From the NCBI GenBank assembly GCA_964016885.1, contig OZ024743.1, forward strand, positions 236,530,001 to 236,594,000: 64,000 nt of DNA, given 5' to 3'. The notes beneath the pieces were generated by a model, which saw nothing but the letters and a program-made list of their open reading frames with translations, was not told the DNA's origin and searched no databases. The translations under genes were made by a program, and so were the position numbers. Source of the DNA: Eledone cirrhosa (lineage: Eukaryota). Shown here in pieces: positions 39,331 through 53,100 of this stretch (position 1 is its first letter; each line of letters begins with the position of its first letter).

Positions 39331-42300
39331 ATGTTCCTTCAGTCAATCTCCTATACTACGGGTTGTATGTTCCTTCAGTCAATCTCCTATACTACAGGTT
39401 GTATGTTCCTTCAGTCAATCTCCTATACTACTGGTTGTATGTTCCTTCAGTCAATCTCCTATACTACAGGTTGTATGTTCCTTCAGTCAATCTCCTATAC
39501 TACTGGTTGTATATTCCTTCAGTCAATCTCCTATACTACAGGTTGTATGTTCCTTCAGTCAATCTCCTATACTACTGGTTGTATGTTCCTTCAGTCAATC
39601 TCCTATACTACGGGTTGTATGTTCCTTCAGTCAATCTCCTATACTACAGGTTGTATGTTCCTTCAGTCAATCCCCTATACTACTGGTTGTATATTCTTTC
39701 AGTCAATCCCCTATACTACTGGTTGTATATTCCTTCAGTCAATCTCCTATGCTACTGGTTGTATGTTCCTTCAGTCAATCTCCTATACTACAGGTTGTAT
39801 GTTCCTTCAGTCAATCTCTTATAAAACTGGTTGTATGTTCCTTCAGTCAATCTCCTATACTACTGGTTGTATGTTGCTTCAGTCAATATCCTATACTACT
39901 GGTTGTATGTTCCTTCAGTCAATCTCCTATAATACTGGTTGTATGTTCCTTCAGTCAATCTCCTATACTACTGGTTGTATATTCCTTCAGTTAATCTACT
40001 ATACTACGTGTTGTATATTCCTTCAGTCAATCTCCTATACTACTGGTTGTATATTCCTTCAGTCAATCTCCTATACTACTGGTTGTATGTTCCTTCAGTC
40101 AATCTCCTATACTACAGGTTGTATGTTCCTTCAGTCAATCTCCTATACTACTGGTTGTATGTTCCTTCAGTCAATCTCCTATACTACTGGTTGTATGTTC
40201 CTTCAGTCAATCTCCTATACTACTGGTTGTATATTCCTTCAGTTAATCTCCTATACTACTGGTTGTATGTTCCTTCAGTTAATCTCCTATACTACTGGTT
40301 GTATGTTCCTTCAGTTAATCTCCTATACTACTGGTTGTATGTTCCTTCAGTCAATCTCCTATACTACTGGTTGTATATTCCTTCAGTTAATCTCCTATAC
40401 TACTGGTTGTATGTTCCTTCAGTCAATCTCCTATACTACTGGTTGTATGTTCCTTCAGTCAATCTCCTATACTACTGGTTGTATATTCCTTCAGTCAATC
40501 TCCTATACTACAGGTTGTATATTCCTTCAGTCAATCTCCTATACTACTGGTTGTATGTTCCTTCAGTCAATCTCCTATACTACTGGTTGTATGTTCCTTC
40601 AGTCAATCTCCTATACTACTGGTTGTATATTCCTTCAGTCAATCTCCTATACTACAGGTTGTATATTCCTTCAGTCAATCTCCTATACTACAGGTTGTAT
40701 GTTCCTTCAGTCAATCTCATATACTACTGGTTGTATATTCCTTCAGTCAATCTCCTATACTACAGGTTGTATATTCCTTCAGTCAATCTCCTATACTTAA
40801 GGCTGTATGTTCCTTCAGTCAATCTCCAATACTACTGGTTGTATATTCCTTCAGTTAATCTCCTATACTACTGGTTGTATGTTCCTTCAGTCAATCTCCT
40901 ATACTACTGGTGGTATGTTCCTTCAGTCAATCTCCTATACTACTGGTTGTATATTCCTTCAGTCAATCTCCTATACTACAGGTTGTATATTCCTTCAGTC
41001 AATCTCCTATACTACTGGTTGTATGTTCCTTCAGTCAATCTCCTATACTACGGGTTGTATGTTCCTTCAGTCAATCTCCTATACTACAGGTTGTATGTTC
41101 CTTCAGTCAATCTCCTATACTACTGGTTGTATGTTCCTTCAGTCAATCTCCTATACTACAGGTTGTATGTTCCTTCAATCAATCTCCTATACTACTGGTT
41201 TTATATTCCTTCAGTCAATCTCCTATACTACAGGTTGTATGTTCCTTCAGTCAATCTCCTATACTACTGGTTGTATGTTCCTTCAGTCAATCTCCTATAC
41301 TACTGGTTGTATGTTCCTTCAGTCAATCTCCTATACTACTGGTTGTATATTCCTTCAGTCAATCTCCTATACTACAGGTTGTATATTCCTTCAGTTAATC
41401 TCCTATACTACTGGTTGTATGTTCCTTCAGTCAATCTCCTATACTACTGGTGGTATGTTCCTTCAGTCAATCTCCTATACTACTGGTTGTATATTCCTTC
41501 AGTCAATCTCCTATACTACAGGTTGTATATTCCTTCAGTCAATCTCCTATACTACGGGTTGTATGTTCCTTCAGTCAATCTCCTATACTACGGATTGTAT
41601 GTTCCTTCAGTCAATCTCCTATACTACGGGTTGTATGTTCCTTCAGTCAATCTCCTATACTACGGGTTGTATGTTCCTTCAGTCAATCTCCTATTCTACG
41701 GGTTGTATGTTCCTCCAGTCAATCTCCTATACTACAGGTTGTATGTTCCTTCAGTCAATCTCCTATACTACTGGTTCTATGTTCCTTCAGTCAATCTCCT
41801 ATACTACTGGTTGTATGTTCCTTCAGTCAATCTCCTATACTACTGGTTGTATATTCCTTCAGTCAATCTCCTATACTACAGGTTGTATGTTCCTTCAGTC
41901 AATCTCCTATACTACTGGTTGTATGTTCCTTCAGTCAATCTCCTATACTACGGGTTGAAATGTTCCTTCAGTCAATCTCCTATACTACGGGTTGTATGTT
42001 CCTTCAGTCAATCTCCTATACTACAGGTTGTATGTTCCTTCAGTCAATCTCCTATACTACTGGTTGTATGTTCCTTCAGTCAATCTCCTATACTACAGGT
42101 TGTATGTTCCTTCAGTCAATCTCCTATACTACTGGTTGTATATTCCTTCAGTCAATCTCCTATACTACAGGTTGTATGTTCCTTCAGTCAATCTCCTATA
42201 CTACTGGTTGTATGTTCCTTCAGTCAATCTCCTATACTACGGGTTGTATGTTCCTTCAGTCAATCTCCTATACTACAGGTTGTATGTTCCTTCAGTCAAT

Positions 42301-44160
42301 CCCCTATACTACTGGTTGTATATTCTTTCAGTCAATCCCCTATACTACTGGTTGTATATTCCTTCAGTCAATCTCCTATGCTACTGGTTGTATGTTCCTT
42401 CAGTCAATCTCCTATACTACAGGTTGTATGTTCCTTCAGTCAATCTCTTATAAAACTGGTTGTATGTTCCTTCAGTCAATCTCCTATACTACTGGTTGTA
42501 TGTTGCTTCAGTCAATATCCTATACTACTGGTTGTATGTTCCTTCAGTCAATCTCCTATAATACTGGTTGTATGTTCCTTCAGTCAATCTCCTATACTAC
42601 TGCTTGTATATTCCTTCAGTTAATCTACTATACTACGTGTTGTATATTCCTTCAGTCAATCTCCTATACTACTGGTTGTATATTCCTTCAGTCAATCTCC
42701 TATACTACTGGTTGTATGTTCCTTCAGTCAATCTCCTATACTACAGGTTGTATGTTCCTTCAGTCAATCTCCTATACTACTGGTTGTATGTTCCTTCAGT
42801 CAATCTCCTATACTACTGGTTGTATGTTCCTTCAGTCAATCTCCTATACTACTGGTTGTATATTCCTTCAGTTAATCTCCTATACTACTGGTTGTATGTT
42901 CCTTCAGTTAATCTCCTATACTACTGGTTGTATGTTCCTTCAGTTAATCTCCTATACTACTGGTTGTATGTTCCTTCAGTCAATCTCCTATACTACTGGT
43001 TGTATATTCCTTCAGTTAATCTCCTATACTACTGGTTGTATGTTCCTTCAGTCAATCTCCTATACTACTGGTTGTATGTTCCTTCAGTCAATCTCCTATA
43101 CTACTGGTTGTATATTCCTTCAGTCAATCTCCTATACTACAGGTTGTATATTCCTTCAGTCAATCTCCTATACTACTGGTTGTATGTTCCTTCAGTCAAT
43201 CTCCTATACTACTGGTTGTATGTTCCTTCAGTCAATCTCCTATACTACTGGTTGTATATTCCTTCAGTCAATCTCCTATACTACAGGTTGTATATTCCTT
43301 CAGTCAATCTCCTATACTACAGGTTGTATGTTCCTTCAGTCAATCTCATATACTACTGGTTGTATATTCCTTCAGTCAATCTCCTATACTACAGGTTGTA
43401 TATTCCTTCAGTCAATCTCCTATACTTAAGGCTGTATGTTCCTTCAGTCAATCTCCAATACTACTGGTTGTATATTCCTTCAGTTAATCTCCTATACTAC
43501 TGGTTGTATGTTCCTTCAGTCAATCTCCTATACTACTGGTGGTATGTTCCTTCAGTCAATCTCCTATACTACTGGTTGTATATTCCTTCAGTCAATCTCC
43601 TATACTACAGGTTGTATATTCCTTCAGTCAATCTCCTATACTACTGGTTGTATGTTCCTTCAGTCAATCTCCTATACTACGGGTTGTATGTTCCTTCAGT
43701 CAATCTCCTATACTACAGGTTGTATGTTCCTTCAGTCAATCTCCTATACTACTGGTTTTATGTTCCTTCAGTCAATCTCCTATACTACAGGTTGTATGTT
43801 CCTTCAGTCAATCTCCTATACTACTGGTTTTATATTCCTTCAGTCAATCTCCTATACTACAGGTTGTATGTTCCTTCAGTCAATCTCCTATACTACTGGT
43901 TGTATGTTCCTTCAGTCAATCTCCTATACTACTGGTTGTATGTTCCTTCAGTCAATCTCCTATACTACTGGTTGTATATTCCTTCAGTCAATCTCCTATA
44001 CTACAGGTTGTATATTCCTTCAGTTAATCTCCTATACTACTGGTTGTATGTTCCTTCAGTCAATCTCCTATACTACTGGTGGTATGTTCCTTCAGTCAAT
44101 CTCCTATACTACTGGTTGTATATTCCTTCAGTCAATCTCCTATACTACAGGTTGTATATT
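39331..44160. repeat. Tandem duplication with a 2,628/2,629-bp (73-monomer) period; second copy partial
   Basis: ACTTAAGG stop ends at 40800/43429, TATAAAAC stop ends at 39824/42453, GGTGG markers at 40910/43539 and 41450/44079. The extra base is the +1 insertion at ~41958. Confidence 0.8.
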
Positions 44161-47100
44161 CCTTCAGTCAATCTCCTATACTACTGGTTGTATGTTCCTT
44201 CAGTCAATCTCCTATACTACGGGTTGTATGTTCCTTCAGTCAATCTCCTATACTACAGGTTGTATGTTCCTTCAGTCAATCTCCTATACTACTGGTTGTA
44301 TGTTCCTTCAGTCAATCTCCTATACTACAGGTTGTATGTTCCTTCAGTCAATCTCCTATACTACTGGTTTTATATTCCTTCAGTCAATCTCCTATACTAC
44401 AGGTTGTATGTTCCTTCAGTCAATCTCCTATACTACTGGTTGTATGTTCCTTCAGTCAATCTCCTATACTACTGGTTGTATGTTCCTTCAGTCAATCTCC
44501 TATACTACTGGTTGTATATTCCTTCAGTCAATCTCCTATACTACAGGTTGTATATTCCTTCAGTCAATCTCCCATACTACAGGCTGTATGTTCCTTCAGT
44601 CAATCTCCTATACTACTGGTTGTATATTCCTTCAGTCAATCTCCTATACTACAGGTTGTATGTTCCTTCAGTCAATCTCCTATACTACTGGTTGTATGTT
44701 CCTTCAGTCAATCTCCTATACTACGGGTTGTATGTTCCTTCAGTCAATCTCCTATACTACAGGTTGTATGTTCCTTCAGTCAATCCCCTATACTACTGGT
44801 TGTATATTCCTTCAGTCAATCCCCTATACTACTGGTTGTATATTCCTTCAGTCAATCTCCTATACTACTGGTTGTATGTTCCTTCAGTCAATCTCCTATA
44901 CTACAGGTTGTATGTTCCTTCAGTCAATCTCTTATAAAACTGGTTGTATGTTCCTTCAGTCAATCTCCTATACTACTGGTTGTATGTTGCTTCAGTCAAT
45001 ATCCTATACTACTGGTTGTATGTTCCTTCAGTCAATCTCCTATAATACTGGTTGTATGTTCCTTCAGTCAATCTCCTATACTACTGGTTGTATATTCCTT
45101 CAGTTAATCTACTATACTACGTGTTGTATATTCCTTCAGTCAATCTCCTATACTACTGGTTGTATATTCCTTCAGTCAATCTCCTATAATACTGGTTGTA
45201 TGTTCCTTCAGTCAATCTCCTATACTACAGGTTGTATGTACCTTCAGTCAATCTCCTATACTACGGGTTGTATGTTCCTTCAGTAATTCTCCTATACTAC
45301 TGGTTGTATGTTCCTTCAGTCAATCTCCTATACTACAGGTTGTATGTACCTTCAGTCAATCTCCTATACTACGGGTTGTATGTTCCTTCAGTCAATCTCC
45401 TATACTACTGGTTGTATGTTCCTTCAGTCAATCTCCTATACTACGGGTTGTATGTTCCTTCAGTCAATCTCCTATACTACGGGTTGTATGTTCCTTCAGT
45501 CAATCTCCTATACTACGGGTTGTAAGTTCCTTCAGTCAATCTCCTATACTACGGGTTGTATGTTCCTTCAGTCAATCTCCTATACTACTGGTTGTATGTT
45601 CCTTCAGTCAATCTCCTATACTACGGATTGTATGTTCCTTCAGTCAATCTCCTATACTACTGGTTGTATGTTCCTTCAGTCAATCTCCTATACTACTGGT
45701 TGTATGTTCCTTCAATCAATCTCCTATACTACAGGTTGTATGTACCTTCAGTCAATCTCCTATACTACGGGTTGTATGTTCCTTCAGTCAATCTCCTATA
45801 CTACTGGTTGTATGTTCCTTCAGTCAATCTCCTATACTACGGGTTGTATGTTCCTTCAGTCAATCTCCTATACTACGGGTTGTATGTTCCTTCAGGCAAT
45901 CTCCTATACTACGGATTGTATGTTCCTTCAGTCAATCTCCTATACTACGGGTTGTATGTTCCTTCAGTCAATCTCCTATACTACGGGTTGTATGTTCCTT
46001 CAGTCAATCTCCTATTCTACGGGTTGTATGTTCCTCCAGTCAATCTCCTATACTACAGGTTGTATGTTCCTTCAGTCAATCTCCTATACTACTGGTTCTA
46101 TGTTCCTTCAGTCAATCTCCTATACTACTGGTTGTATGTTCCTTCAGTCAATCTCCTATACTACTGGTTGTATATTCCTTCAGTCAATCTCCTATACTAC
46201 AGGTTGTATGTTCCTTCAGTCAATCTCCTATACTACTGGTTGTATGTTCCTTCAGTCAATCTCCTATACTACGGGTTGAATGTTCCTTCAGTCAATCTCC
46301 TATACTACGGGTTGTATGTTCCTTCAGTCAATCTCCTATACTACAGGTTGCATGTTCCTTCAGTCAATCTCCTATACTACTGGTTGTATGTTCCTTCAGT
46401 CAATCTCCTATACTACAGGTTGTATGTTCCTTCAGTCAATCTCCTATACTACTGGTTGTATATTCCTTCAGTCAATCTCCTATACTACAGGTTGTATGTT
46501 CCTTCAGTCAATCTCCTATACTACTGGTTGTATGTTCCTTCAGTCAATCTCCTATACTACGGGTTGTATGTTCCTTCAGTCAATCTCCTATACTACAGGT
46601 TGTATGTTCCTTCAGTCAATCCCCTATACTACTGGTTGTATATTCCTTCAGTCAATCCCCTATACTACTGGTTCTATATTCCTTCAGTCAATCTCCTATG
46701 CTACTGGTTGTATGTTCCTTCAGTCAATCTCCTATACTACAGGTTGTATGTTCCTTCAGTCAATCTCTTATAAAACTGGTTGTATGTTCCTTCAGTCAAT
46801 CTCCTATACTACTGGTTGTATGTTGCTTCAGTCAATATCCTATACTACTGGTTGTATGTTCCTTCAGTCAATCTCCTATAATACTGGTTGTATGTTCCTT
46901 CAGTCAATCTCCTATACTACTGGTTGTATATTCCTTCAGTTAATCTACTATACTACGTGTTGTATATTCCTTCAGTCAATCTCCTATACTACTGGTTGTA
47001 TATTCCTTCAGTCAATCTCCTATACTACTGGTTGTATGTTCCTTCAGTCAATCTCCTATACTACAGGTTGTATGTTCCTTCAGTCAATCTCCTATACTAC

Positions 47101-50100
47101 TGGTTGTATGTTCCTTCAGTCAATCTCCTATACTACTGGTTGTATGTTCCTTCAGTCAATCTCCTATACTACTGGTTGTATATTCCTTCAGTTAATCTCC
47201 TATACTACTGGTTGTATGTTCCTTCAGTTAATCTCCTATACTACTGGTTGTATGTTCCTTCAGTTAATCTCCTATACTACTGGTTGTATGTTCCTTCAGT
47301 CAATCTCCTATACTACTGGTTGTATATTCCTTCAGTTAATCTCCTATACTACTGGTTGTATGTTCCTTCAGTCAATTTCCTATACTACTGGTTGTATGTT
47401 CCTTCAGTCAATCTCCTATACTACTGGTTGTATATTCCTTCAGTCAATCTCCTATACTACAGGTTGTATATTCCTTCAGTCAATCTCCTATACTACTGGT
47501 TGTATGTTCCTTCAGTCAATCTCCTATACTACTGGTTGTATGTTCCTTCAGTCAATCTCCTATACTACTGGTTGTATATTCCTTCAGTCAATCTCCTATA
47601 CTACAGGTTGTATATTCCTTCAGTCAATCTCCTATACTACAGGTTGTATGTTCCTTCAGTCAATCTCATATACTACTGGTTGTATATTCCTTCAGTCAAT
47701 CTCCTATACTACAGGTTGTATATTCCTTCAGTCAATCTCCTATACTTAAGGCTGTATGTTCCTTCAGTCAATCTCCAATACTACTGGTTGTATATTCCTT
47801 CAGTTAATCTCCTATACTACTGGTTGTATGTTCCTTCAGTCAATCTCCTATACTACTGGTGGTATGTTCCTTCAGTCAATCTCCTATACTACTGGTTGTA
47901 TATTCCTTCAGTCAATCTCCTATACTACAGGTTGTATATTACTTCAGTCAATCTCCTATACTACTGGTTTTATATTCCTTCAGTCAATCTCCTATACTAC
48001 AGGTTGTATGTTCCTTCAGTCAATCTCCTATACTACTGGTTGTATGTTCCTTCAGTCAATCTCCTATACTACTGGTTGTATGTTCCTTCAGTCAATCTCC
48101 TATACTACTGGTTGTATATTCCTTCAGTCAATCTCCTATACTACAGGTTGTATATTCCTTCAGTCAATCTCCCATACTACAGGCTGTATGTTCCTTCAGT
48201 CAATCTCCTATACTACTGGTTGTATATTCCTTCAGTTAATCTCCTATACTACTGGTTGTATGTTCCTTCAGTCAATCTCCTATACTACTGGTGGTATGTT
48301 CCTTCAGTCAATCTCCTATACTACTGGTTGTATATTCCTTCAGTCAATCTCCTATACTACAGGTTGTATATTCCTTCAGTCAATCTCCTATACTACTGGT
48401 TGTATGTTCCTTCAGTCAATCTCCTATACTACGGGTTGTATGTTCCTTCAGTCAATCTCCTATACTACAGGTTGTATGTTCCTTCAGTCAATCTCCTATA
48501 CTACTGGTTGTATGTTCCTTCAGTCAATCTCCTATACTACAGGTTGTATGTTCCTTCAGTCAATCTCCTATACTACTGGTTGTATATTCCTTCAGTCAAT
48601 CTCCTATACTACAGGTTGTATGTTCCTTCAGTCAATCTCCTATACTACTGGTTGTATGTTCCTTCAGTCAATCTCCTATACTACGGGTTGTATGTTCCTT
48701 CAGTCAATCTCCTATACTACAGGTTGTATGTTCCTTCAGTCAATCCCCTATACTACTGGTTGTATATTCCTTCAGTCAATCCCCTATACTACTGGTTGTA
48801 TATTCCTTCAGTCAATCTCCTATACTACTGGTTGTATGTTCCTTCAGTCAATCTCCTATACTACAGGTTGTATGTTCCTTCAGTCAATCTCTTATAAAAC
48901 TGGTTGTATGTTCCTTCAGTCAATCTCCTATACTACTGGTTGTATGTTGCTTCAGTCAATATCCTATACTACTGGTTGTATGTTCCTTCAGTCAATCTCC
49001 TATAATACTGGTTGTATGTTCCTTCAGTCAATCTCCTATACTACTGGTTGTATATTCCTTCAGTTAATCTACTATACTACGTGTTGTATATTCCTTCAGT
49101 CAATCTCCTATACTACTGGTTGTATATTCCTTCAGTCAATCTCCTATACTACTGGTTGTATGTTCCTTCAGTCAATCTCCTATACTACAGGTTGTATGTA
49201 CCTTCAGTCAATCTCCTATACTACGGGTTGTATGTTCCTTCAGTCAATCTCCTATACTACTGGTTGTATGTTCCTTCAGTCAATCTCCTATACTACAGGT
49301 TGTATGTACCTTCAGTCAATCTCCTATACTACGGGTTGTATGTTCCTTCAGTCAATCTCCTATACTACTGGTCGTATGTTCCTTCAGTCAATCTCCTATA
49401 CTACGGGTTGTATCTTCCTTCAGTCAATCTCCTATACTACGGGTTGTATGTTCCTTCAGTCAATCTCCTATACTACGGGTTGTAAGTTCCTTCAGTCAAT
49501 CTCCTATACTACGGGTTGTATGTTCCTTCAGTCAATCTCCTATACTACTGGTTGTATGTTCCTTCAGTCAATCTCCTATACTACGGATTGTATGTTCCTT
49601 CAGTCAATCTCCTATACTACTGGTTGTATGTTCCTTCAGTCAATCTCCTATACTACTGGTTGTATGTTCCTTCAATCAATCTCCTATACTACAGGTTGTA
49701 TGTACCTTCAGTCAATCTCCTATACTACGGGTTGTATGTTCCTTCAGTCAATCTCCTATACTACTGGTTGTATGTTCCTTCAGTCAATCTCCTATACTAC
49801 GGGTTGTATGTTCCTTCAGTCAATCTCCTATACTACGGGTTGTATGTTCCTTCAGTCAATCTCCTATACTACGGATTGTATGTTCCTTCAGTCAATCTCC
49901 TATACTACGGGTTGTATGTTCCTTCAGTCAATCTCCTATACTACGGGTTGTATGTTCCTTCAGTCAATCTCCTATTCTACGGGTTGTATGTTCCTTCAGT
50001 CAATCTCCTATACTACAGGTTGTATGTTCCTTCAGTCAATCTCCTATACTACTGGTTCTATGTTCCTTCAGTCAATCTCCTATACTACTGGTTGTATGTT

Positions 50101-53100
50101 CCTTCAGTCAATCTCCTATACTACTGGTTGTATATTCCTTCAGTCAATCTCCTATACTACAGGTTGTATGTTCCTTCAGTCAATCTCCTATACTACTGGT
50201 TGTATGTTCCTTCAGTCAATCTCCTATACTACGGGTTGAATGTTCCTTCAGTCAATCTCCTATACTACGGGTTGTATGTTCCTTCAGTCAATCTCCTATA
50301 CTACAGGTTGTATGTTCCTTCAGTCAATCTCCTATACTACTGGTTGTATGTTCCTTCAGTCAATCTCCTATAATACTGGTTGTATGTTCCTTCAGTCAAT
50401 CTCCTATACTACTGGTTGTATATTCCTTCAGTTAATCTACTATACTACGTGTTGTATATTCCTTCAGTCAATCTCCTATACTACTGGTTGTATATTCCTT
50501 CAGTCAATCTCCTATACTACTGGTTGTATGTTCCTTCAGTCAATCTCCTATACTACAGGTTGTATGTTCCTTCAGTCAATCTCCTATACTACTGGTTGTA
50601 TGTTCCTTCAGTCAATCTCCTATACTACTGGTTGTATGTTCCGTCAGTCAATCTCCTATACTACTGGTTGTATATTCCTTCAGTTAATCTCCTATACTAC
50701 TGGTTGTATGTTCCTTCAGTTAATCTCCTATACTACTGGTTGTATGTTCCTTCAGTTAATCTCCTATACTACTGGTTGTATGTTCCTTCAGTCAATCTCC
50801 TATACTACTGGTTGTATATTCCTTCAGTTAATCTCCTATACTACTGGTTGTATGTTCCTTCAGTCAATCTCCTATACTACTGATTGTATGTTCCTTCAGT
50901 CAATCTCCTATACTACTGGTTGTATATTCCTTCAGTCAATCTCCTATACTACAGGTTGTATATTCCTTCAGTCAATCTCCTATACTACTGGTTGTATGTT
51001 CCTTCAGTCAATCTCCTATACTACTGGTTGTATGTTCCTTCAGTCAATCTCCTATACTACTGGTTGTATATTCCTTCAGTCAATCTCCTATACTACAGGT
51101 TGTATATTCCTTCAGTCAATCTCCTATACTACAGGTTGTATGTTCCTTCAGTCAATCTCATATACTACTGGTTGTATATTCCTTCAGTCAATCTCCTATA
51201 CTACAGGTTGTATATTCCTTCAGTCAATCTCCTATACTTAAGGCTGTATGTTCCTTCAGTCAATCTCCAATACTACTGGTTGTATATTCCTTCAGTTAAT
51301 CTCCTATACTACTGGTTGTATGTTCCTTCAGTCAATCTCCTATACTACTGGTGGTATGTTCCTTCAGTCAATCTCCTATACTACTGGTTGTATATTCCTT
51401 CAGTCAATCTCCTATACTACAGGTTGTATATTCCTTCAGTCAATCTCCTATACTACTGGTTGTATGTTCCTTCAGTCAATCTCCTATACTACGGGTTGTA
51501 TGTTCCTTCAGTCAATCTCCTATACTACAGGTTGTATGTTCCTTCAGTCAATCTCCTATACTACTGGTTGTATGTTCCTTCAGTCAATCTCCTATACTAC
51601 AGGTTGTATGTTCCTTCAGTAAATCTCCTATACTACTGGTTTTATATTCCTTCAGTCAATCTCCTATACTACAGGTTGTATGTTCCTTCAGTCAATCTCC
51701 TATACTACTGGTTGTATGTTCCTTCAGTCAATCTCCTATACTACGGGTTGTATGTTCCTTCAGTCAATCTCCTATACTACAGGTTGTATGTTCCTTCAGT
51801 CAATCCCCTATACTACTGGTTGTATATTCCTTCAGTCAATCCCCTATACTACTGGTTGTATATTCCTTCAGTCAATCTCCTATACTACTGGTTGTATGTT
51901 CCTTCAGTCAATCTCCTATACTACAGGTTGTATGTTCCTTCAGTCAATCTCTTATAAAACTGGTTGTATGTTCCTTCAGTCAATATCCTATACTACTGGT
52001 TGTATGTTACTTCAGTCAATATCCTATACTACTGGTTGTATGTTCCTTCAGTCAATCTCCTATAATACTGGTTGTATGTTCCTTCAGTCAATCTCCTATA
52101 CTACTGGTTGTATATTCCTTCAGTTAATCTACTATACTACGTGTTGTATATTCCTTCAGTCAATCTCCTATACTACTGGTTGTATATTCCTTCAGTCAAT
52201 CTCCTATACTACTGGTTGTATGTTCCTTCAGTCAATCTCCTATACTACAGGTTGTATGTACCTTCAGTCAATCTCCTATACTACGGGTTGTATGTTCCTT
52301 CAGTCAATCTCCTATACTACTGTTTGTATGTCCCTTCAGTCAATCTCCTATACTACAGGTTGTATGTACCTTCAGTCAATCTCCTATACTACGGGTTGTA
52401 TGTTCCTTCAGTCAATCTCCTATACTACTGGCTGTATGTTCCTTCAGTCAATCTCCTATACTACGGGTTGTATGTTCCTTCAGTCAATTTCCTATACTAC
52501 GGGTTGTATGTTCCTTCAGTCAATCTCCTATACTACGGGTTGTAAGTTCCTTCAGTCAATCTCCTATACTACGGGTTGTATGTTCCTTCAGTCAATCTCC
52601 TATACTACTGGTTGTATGTTCCTTCAGACAATCTCCTATACTACGGATTGTATGTTCCTTCAGTCAATCTCCTATACTACTGGTTGTATGTTCCTTCAGT
52701 CAATCTCCTATACTACTGGTTGTATGTTCCTTCAATCAATCTCCTATACTACAGGTTGTATGTACCTTCAGTCAATCTCCTATACTACGGGTTGTATGTT
52801 CCTTCAGTCAATCTCCTATACTACTGGTTGTATGTTCCTTCAGTCAATCTCCTATACTACGGGTTGTATGTTCCTTCAGTCAATCTCCTATACTACGGGT
52901 TGTATGTTCCTTCAGTCAATCTCCTATACTACGGGTGGTATGTTCCTTCAGTCAATCTCCTATACTACGGGTTGTATGTTCCTTCAGTCAATCTCCTATA
53001 CTACGGGTTGTATGTTCCTTCAGTCAATCTCCTATTCTACGGGTTGTATGTTCCTTCAGTCATTCTCCTATACTACAGGTTGTATGTTCCTTCAGTCAAT